Below the pieces are notes generated by a model. That model had not been told where the DNA came from, did no database searches, and saw only the letters and a list, made by a program, of their open reading frames with translations. Made by a program: the position numbers and the translations under genes. A stretch of DNA of 64,000 bases from a virus: IMG/VR virus record IMGVR_UViG_3300042691_015660, one strand, 5' to 3'. Numbering within the stretch: the stretch's first letter is position 1; each line of letters starts with the position of its first letter. Below, one piece after another: positions 21,801-30,800 of the stretch.

Positions 21801-24800
21801 TCACATCCCATAAACCGGTAGCTGCACTAGGTTTTTCCTCAAATCTAGATAGCGGAGTAAGATCAAACTCGTCTACTATTAGATTATCTTTTAATACAGA
21901 ATTTATACGCTCGATAAACTGTTTTAACGCTTCGATTCTATTAACAAACATACTTTGTCGTGGTCTATTTTCAACACCAAAACGTTGTTTTACAGGCAAT
22001 CGTAAATCTGGCACTGTTCTACTATTTTTATCCTTTCCTAATAAACTGTCTAACCATTTTTGTTCTATTTCGTAAGGAATAACAGTATTGGCATGTTCAC
22101 TAATGATCTTCCATTGTGTATGAGCATTACCTTCTTTTTTATCTGTAATCCAATATTGTACACTTAATACAATATCTTTATCTTTAAGATAGCTATCACA
22201 ATTTAAAAGACTAAAACTATCAGGTCCTAATAATGCTAAACAAGGATAGCCGTAACTCTTAGGATCAGCAATTAGTCTTGATATTGTATCAGCTGATAGA
22301 AGTCTTCCTTCTTTATTAGGTGTAATAGTTGAATTTTTAACCCAATAATAATAAGTATTGATAAAATTTTTACTTATAGTATCGTACTTTTTCTTAATAC
22401 TATAAACAGTATCTCCATACTTTGATTTTCCACTTATTCCTGAAATAAGTCCTTTTTCTGTATCGGCTATTTTATCTCTTTCCGATGGCAACAACTTACT
22501 TTCGATCCACTCGTAGATATCTATACTTGCTGTTTCGTATAGTGTGTTCCATGTAGTAGATCTAAAAATTATCTCTCCTCCCTGATTTTCTAAAAATCTT
22601 GCGTTAGTTAAATCCCACCATAGTGTTCCAACATGCTTGTTAGTCCAAGACATTCCGTCATCAATATTGACTGTGTTATCACCTACTGTGTATGTTGCTG
22701 GATCAAAATAAGTTTTAAATTTAATTTCTTGTTCTGCTGGTCCTGGAATCTTTCCTTGTATTGGATCTACAACATCAAGGTACTTTACTAAAATATTTTC
22801 TTTACGGTTGTATAAAAATGCTTTCTTTATTTGATACACGTTAGGTCTAGCACGCTCATAGTGCAGTACACTCCAACTAGTTTTACCAGCAGGTTTGCGA
22901 TATGTGTATACTACTCCTGAATCTGTATAATTGTTATCTTCTTCTTTAGGAGCGGCTACTACAAGATTATTTGAACCAACAGATATACTAGTTCCGTACC
23001 CATCTGTACTATCATTAAAAGACTCAGTTGTTAAGCTTTCACCAAAAATATAATTTGTATTATATCTGTCAAATATATCAACTCGACCACTCAACACTTG
23101 TAAATCAACAATTCTTAAGGTATTGTTATCAAATTTTGTAGTAGAACTATCAAAAACAGTTTCATTTTTGATATCGGCATTTGGACTAAACACTACCATA
23201 GTTTCAGCATCATTCATAAATTCAACATAGTGTCCAAATTTATGATTAGTTCCTGGAGTTATACTAGTTAACGTTTGATATGGCGACCAAGAACCTGAAT
23301 ATGCTTCAAAAACTTTTACGGCACCTTGATTAGAGAACTGATCAGTGTATAAAGTTGTTGATACAGCTAAGTGACTACCAGATTCAGTAACACTTAGACT
23401 TTCTCCAAATCTTTGTTCAAAATTTAAATTAAGATTCTGTGCTCCTAGTGTATCAATTAGTATAAATGTGTCGCCGTCATACTGATAAGTGAATATTTTT
23501 CCTGTACCATTATTTTTTTCTGTAGATATTAAAGACCACTTATTAGGAGCAAATGTTCCTGCTACTGAACTATCAAATGTTACATTATATCTATAATAAC
23601 CAGCAGAAAGATAAACTGTGCCGGTACCGGATCCTGTTCCTGTAGCTACAAATGTTTTACCTTCTGATAAAGTTTTACCATCAAAATTAAGATTACTATT
23701 AGACGTACTGATATTATAAAAACCAGGGCCGCCTTCAAGTAAACTACTTACAGTTCCACCAGGACCAAGAGAACCTGCTCCTCCTATTCCAAATTGCGTA
23801 TCAATTCTCGCTCTAAAACTGTTATTGCTTGTTAACCCCAGAATTGTAAACGTTCCATTGCATCGATCGTCGGATACACCTGAAATTCTAAATTTCATTC
23901 CTGATCCAAAAACTAGTCCTGAAGGAAGTGCTGGAGTAACTGTAACTGTAAATAAATTATTAGACGTTCTAACTACATCAGTGATATCCCAAGAAGGAAC
24001 TCCTGTAATTGTAGTACCAGGAACAACTCCAGTACCATACAAAGCAGCTCCAACTTTTATCCTACCTGTAAATCCTGAAGATAATACTGCTAAAGTGGTA
24101 CTGCCTCGAATACCTGCCGTAAAAGTAGCATCGGGTATCGCACCTACTTGTGTAAAGTCAGTCGTTCCAATAGTTATAATATCATAAGACTGCCCTATTG
24201 ATAAGGAACCTACATTAACATTACCGCCGTTATAATAAACTACATCATTTAAGTCATACTTTTCTGTTGATCTGAATATGCCTTTATAGTTAGTATATGT
24301 ATTTTGATCTGCGTTTGGGGCACTAATAACTAACTTGCTGCCATCGCCGCTCATCTTAACATCGTAACCGAATAAATCTCCTGGCAGTACAGATTCTACA
24401 TTTTGTTCTCTGACAGGAGAATTAATTGCTAAAGTTATAATACCTCCAGAAACAAAAATATATTTAGGATGTGTTATTAATGTTCCAGGCAATTTATCAG
24501 GAAACGTACATTCTATAACAGTCTGTGTGGTTGTACTACTAACAACTAACCAATCTCCATTATAATCAACAGGAACTACTGACCGTATTTCAATAAACTG
24601 CCCTGGTGAAAAAGGAGCAGTTACCTGTGTAGAATAGTAAACTGTAGCTCTTTTAACTTTTTGTCCTACTGCTGCAGCAGGCATATTTGGTAAAATGTTA
24701 GTGATGACAATTGGAGACCTATCCACTACATTAGATACAACCTCTTGTGGAAAATAACCTAATATGTTAATATCATCTAATAACTCCCATCCGCTAGCAT

Positions 24801-27800
24801 TTGTTTCAAAACTATTCGGATCTTGGAGTGTTATACACTGATAAAGCTCATAGTTATAAAATACTATATCGCCTGGATAATATTGTTTTCCAGGACTAAA
24901 GATTCCTTGATATGCTCTGCGATAATCCATGTGCCAGCCAGACACTGAACTATCTTCTTCTAGTTCAGCGTACCTGAACATATACACACGACCTTGATTA
25001 TCATTATATCCTGAACTAGTAATTGCTAACACATACTCATTACCGTTCTTGGCAAAGGTCATTTTAGAACCAAACTTTTCTCCTGAAGTCGGATTAGGAC
25101 TTACAAAAGAATGGAAGAGGTTATACTGTCCGCCGGGTGTTCTAATATATAAGTTTACATACCCTTGATTAACATTAGAGTTAGCCGACTTTGATTCTTC
25201 AGTAGTTACCAGGTAAGCAGGAGCCCAATCTTGGCTAAATCTGTCTATACTAGATCCGTCACCTGCGTATCCTCTTCTAGCACTAAAATGTGTATTTCTA
25301 ACTTGTACGATATCACCAAACCCGTAGGTATTAGAAACAACAAAGTCTCCCTTCCAATTGGATCTAATGTTAGAAGCAGTAGGAGCAGCAATAGCTAGCC
25401 ATTTTCCGTCAGAACTAAATGCTATCTCAGATCCAAAATTTAAATTCACAGAGCTCGCTAAATTAAGCACAGGAGTTATGTATTGCTGCTGGTACCATAA
25501 GTCCGTTCCAGGAGATTTTTCGAAAACATAAACTTCATTAGCTAAATTAGACACGGCCAAATATTTTCCGTTTTTAGCAATCGAAACTTTTGATCCGAAC
25601 TGTAAGTTTTCTGCTGGTGTTACATTATCTAGTGTAGTTCTAAAAAATACTTTTTCGTTAGAATATACTGTATAAGGAATAGCACCGTTATAAGATAAAT
25701 TCCTACTACCTATATCTGCCCATAAGAGTTCTTTATTTTTAATATAAGGAGGAAGACTCTCATTAGCATTATCAATAGAATCTACTCTACTTGAAATAAA
25801 CTTATATGTGAGTATTTGACTACTATCAGTGAAAGGTGGTTTCCAATCTTTAATTGTAGTTTTAATTACTATCTTTCTAGCAGAAAGAGAATCTACTTTA
25901 TAAAATCCTTTTATTTTTTCAGAATGAACAATACCTATAATTTCTCCGACTTGTATGTTAGGAAATTGATTACACTGTAAAGTAAGAATTCCGTCGGCAT
26001 ATTCAACATCTTCTATACTAAAAGTATTTTTTGTAAATCTATAAACATTCCAGTCCCTGTTTTCAAAAGCAGCCCAGACATAATCGCCCTCTTCAAATTC
26101 ATTAATGTCGATAGCTGTCGCATCATCTAATGTATTAACATTTGATTTTACGTCATCGTATCTTACATATCCAGGAGATCTAAGAGTTTTCTTTACACCA
26201 GTTGTAGGCCATGGATTATTATTAAATCCTATTGGTTTAACATATACTTCTCCCGATCTTATACGATAAATTAAATCAGTATTCGATGTTATTTCATTTA
26301 CTAGTTGTATTGGTTGGGGATTTAATCTAAATGCCGATTCGTCTAATTTAAATTCTATTTCATCAAAAACATTACTTGCTCCGTACTCACCCACACGTAC
26401 AGCCCATTCTTCATTGAATGTTAAACTTTCCTGATTATCAGCACTTAGTACGTCAAATAATTTAGTTAAGACATTTTGCGTACCTTTCTCTATAATCATA
26501 CCTTGATAGAATTTATATTGACTAACATCATCTTTAATAATATTTTCAAGGTACTGACGATTTTGATAGCCAATTAAATGCTGCGCCATACGCTGCTGTT
26601 CACTGTCAAAATTATCAGTATCTAAATCATAAAAATCTGTGAATTGTTCTGCTCTATAATCCCAATTAGGCAATAATTCTGGAGTAGGCTTTTCTCTTAA
26701 TAATGTCCATTCGTTCGAGTTAAATGATTCTGCTCCTATTACAAATTTTTTGGCGCTATAATAGTATTCTTTGTACTTTATTATATCTCCTAAATTATAA
26801 TCTGTCCAAGGCGCATAATCTTTTATAGATGCCTGATCGAATATAAATCCAGGGATATCGAAAGCACCATTCCAATTTGTAGTCACATATCCAATTACTT
26901 TAACACGCTCTTGCCTGTAACCTGGTTCTTGGTCGTAAATTATATCATTAAACAAGGTAGTATTATCTAACAACAAAACATGTTCTTTTTGTATTAAGTA
27001 GAAAATTCCACCGTATATTCCGTGAGCTGTATTTTCAGGAATTAAGGTAAATGTATTATCTTCTCTAAACGTACTGGTAAAGTCTGCTGACAATAACTGG
27101 CCGTCTACTCTAAAAATTTTATATCCATAAAATGTATTTCTAATATCATCTACTACAGACTTCTCACTAGATATAATTAATTTTGTAGCCGAAGGGCTTA
27201 AGGATATTGCTGACCCTTCTCCCCAACTTTGAGTAGTCCAGAATAAAAACTCGCTTACACTGTTTTCCCAATTAGCAATAGCTTTAATTTGAGGGTTGTA
27301 TTGATCAAATACAAAACCTTGTTCTTCTAAATAAACACCATATCCTTGTAGAAAATCAACTACTTCTTGAATTGTAGAAAATCTAGTTCCATAAGCTAAA
27401 AACAACTCTTGATTTTTATCCCAACCCTTACGTAGAATAGCTTCGGTTCCGCCGATCATTGGAAGAGCTGGCAATCTAGCATATAAGCTTTCATCAAACG
27501 TATCGCTTGACTGATGTGTTGTTTTTACCCTATAATACACATTGCCATTAGAAACAACTTTTCCTGCTACATAAGTTTTATTAGTATCCCATTCAACATA
27601 ACTTTCTGAAATTCCCCCTATCCTTACTGTTCTATCGTTTTGTCTAAAAGAATAGTAAGTAAAGAAAGGCTCATCAACATTATATCCACGTAATTCATAT
27701 CCATCAGAAAATTTACTTACAATAACGCCACTGTATGCTAATTTTTTAATAGGACTTGAAACATTTAAAAATACATTAAAATTGTCATCTGGTACAAAAA

Positions 27801-30800
27801 CACCTCCAGAACTAGTAGGATTTTTACTATCTAACAAAATATTAAATTTATTTTTGCTTGTAAATCCGCCTAATCTGTAAGAAATTTTATTAGTTAATAA
27901 TTGTAAATCTTGTATATATTCATCAATTTTAAAAGTTATATCTGAAGTAGCATAATCAACAATATAATTTACTAAACCAGAAGAAAAGATTCTAGTAGTA
28001 GAATTAACAGTCGACGGTAATATAATGTCAGATAATTTTATTCTTAGCCCGGTTGGCTGATATATTAATTGATTTGTTAGATTTCTTACCTGCCTACTTC
28101 TGTCAAAACAAGTTGCCATTACAGAATTTGGGCACAATAATAATATAGTCTTTAATAAGGCGAACGGATAGTAACTACTTTTACGCCAAGCATTCTCAAC
28201 AGGACTTCTATCTCCGAACGAATAAAATCCTTCAGCAGTGGACTTAATAGGACCACTTACATAATTTGTATCTAAAGGACTGATTAAATTGCCTAACTCG
28301 TCTACTGGAGCACTAGACAATAATATAGGTCTAGCAAATTTTAAATTATATCTTGGGGGTTTTCCAGGCTCTCTGATAATACCTTGTGCTAAATCCTCCC
28401 ATAATAGCTGATTATCTTTAGTGTAAGGCGCTACACCATAAACCTCTTTCCACCAAGAAGGTTCACTAGAAAATCCTAAACATTCCCATGGATTAGTATG
28501 TGGTCTGTCTGTATCAAACAACCAACAATAAATTCCTCTCCAAAATGCTTGACTATCAGTACCGTCAGGATAATAATTGCCTCTGTAGTTAAAGGTGAAC
28601 GGTTCAGTTCTGTCCCAGTAAGTCTGTTTGGTGAAATCTTGATTAATATTATTAGTCCATTGAAAGAAATTAGGACTTAAAACACGTTCAAATTCTTCTT
28701 TAGAATAAGCAGTTTTTCTACTGTATCCAGGAATATAATCGTAGATATCAAACATACTTGGATCGTAAGTTTGTTTGCAATTATTATAAATTCTTAATTC
28801 TAGTTCTAATAATAAATCATCTCTGTAATCATTGTAGGCTAGAGTAATACTACCATCATGTCCTTGTATTACTAACCGTGGCTCTAAGTAAGTGTCATCG
28901 ATGTATTTTCTAGGTTTAAATTTTGGATATAGTCCTAATTTGGTAGGAGTAGGTGGACAAAAACTACCGTCTGTACTTTCATATTCATAAACTTCGATTA
29001 TATCGTCGTCGTTTAACTCTCCGACTATATTAAAAAATACGTCATCGTTTCCAAAAACATAATCTTGTCCTTCAATTAGCTGTTCTCCGTTTCTGTAAAC
29101 GTAAACGGCTTTATTACTCAACGTATCTAAACTAAATGATCTTGAAATAGAAAAAATTCTTTGAAATCTGCCATCTTCAACAAGATATTCTAATCTCGTC
29201 GCTCCGTCATACCCAAACATATCAGAAAGATAATATGACGATGTTTTAGGCCTATCTTTAAGCATTGTTTCAAGCACTAAATCCACATGTCTACGAGCAT
29301 CCATTTCAACACCCGTATTAGATGCTGTGATTAAAAAAGTTCTTTTAAAAGTTGCATAATCTTCTTGTGATTGTATGATCGACTTTATAACATTTATATC
29401 TGGTTTTGATAAATGATAGAGAGGTAAATTTAGTGGACTACTATGTTGTATAATTCTAGTTCCATAAGCTGTTAAATTTCCCAAGTCTCTTAAATTACCG
29501 CTACCTGGAAAAGTTCCTTTAAAATCAACTATATTATCTACTATCGAACTTACATGATCAACAACTTCGCCTAGAGTAAAAGATTCTAAATTCTTGTTTA
29601 GAGGATTGTTCTGCAATGAAACAGGAATTTCATAATACCCATTATTATTTTTAGATTGTTTTGAAAAACATCGGAGCGTAACGATATCTGTTAAAGAAAC
29701 ATCATTATCTAAAACTACTGAAAATCTTACAACTCCCCTTTCTAGAGTGTATTGTTCTCGATTTAATCTTTTTTCATTAACATATACTCTTACTTCCAAA
29801 TCAGCAAGATCGTCGGTATTGTCGTACACATCGACTGGGAAATTATTTGTTAGTCCAGACTCTTTAAAAATTCTAACTACAGGTTGTATGTTAGGAATAT
29901 CTGATTTTTTCCAACCATTTTCATAAGTCCAAGAGTCTAAGCTAGAATATTTTCTCAAATATCCAATATCTGTACGTTTAGTTTGTACGGACGTAAAAGT
30001 CTTATAGGTAAAAGAATCTTGTAAAAGATCGAATGTAAAAACTATGTCTCCTACATTATTAATATTTTTATAACTTAAAGGAAATCCTAAAATCTTATCA
30101 TTAGACCCGTTACCTGTCTTATAATTAAAAACTTTATTACCATTAAATGTAGAACCGTCATATACAGAGTTGTCTCCGTAACTATGACCATTAGAATCAA
30201 ATATATCAAAATGTATTGCTTGATTAACTTTAACTTTTGTTTGCCCTAATTTCCAACTGTCCCCGTCATACCAGTACATTTTTCCTTTGTTAGTATTTCC
30301 ATTTTTTACTAACACTGTTTCATAATGTAACGGAGTAGAATCTGGCTCTTCTACTAGATTAATTTGTCTTCTTACTCCAGAAAATACTTCGAATTTGTGA
30401 ACACCTGTGCCTCTAGATAATAAATCCACTTGCTTGGTCAATTTACTATCATTGAACAACTTAATTTGAGTAGCACTAACTACAAATACATAATACTGTT
30501 GTCTGTTACTTAATCCATTAATACTGTTATTTCCATTGTTTAAATAAGTTACTTGAGAGCCTGTACTTAAAAAGTGGTCAGTAGTGAAAGTAATGACGTC
30601 TGTATTCGGATTAACTGTACTATCTGTTACAAATTCTATTTGTCTTTGAGGAACAGTGATTTTAACAAAATTTACTTTAAAAATTTTACCAGTAACCAAT
30701 CTGTCTTTATCCGCTGTGAATAAAACTCGCATGCCAGGTGCTAAATCAATAGTGTCTACATTATACCCTGTTGCTCCTTCGATAGTAGAAAACACATCTG

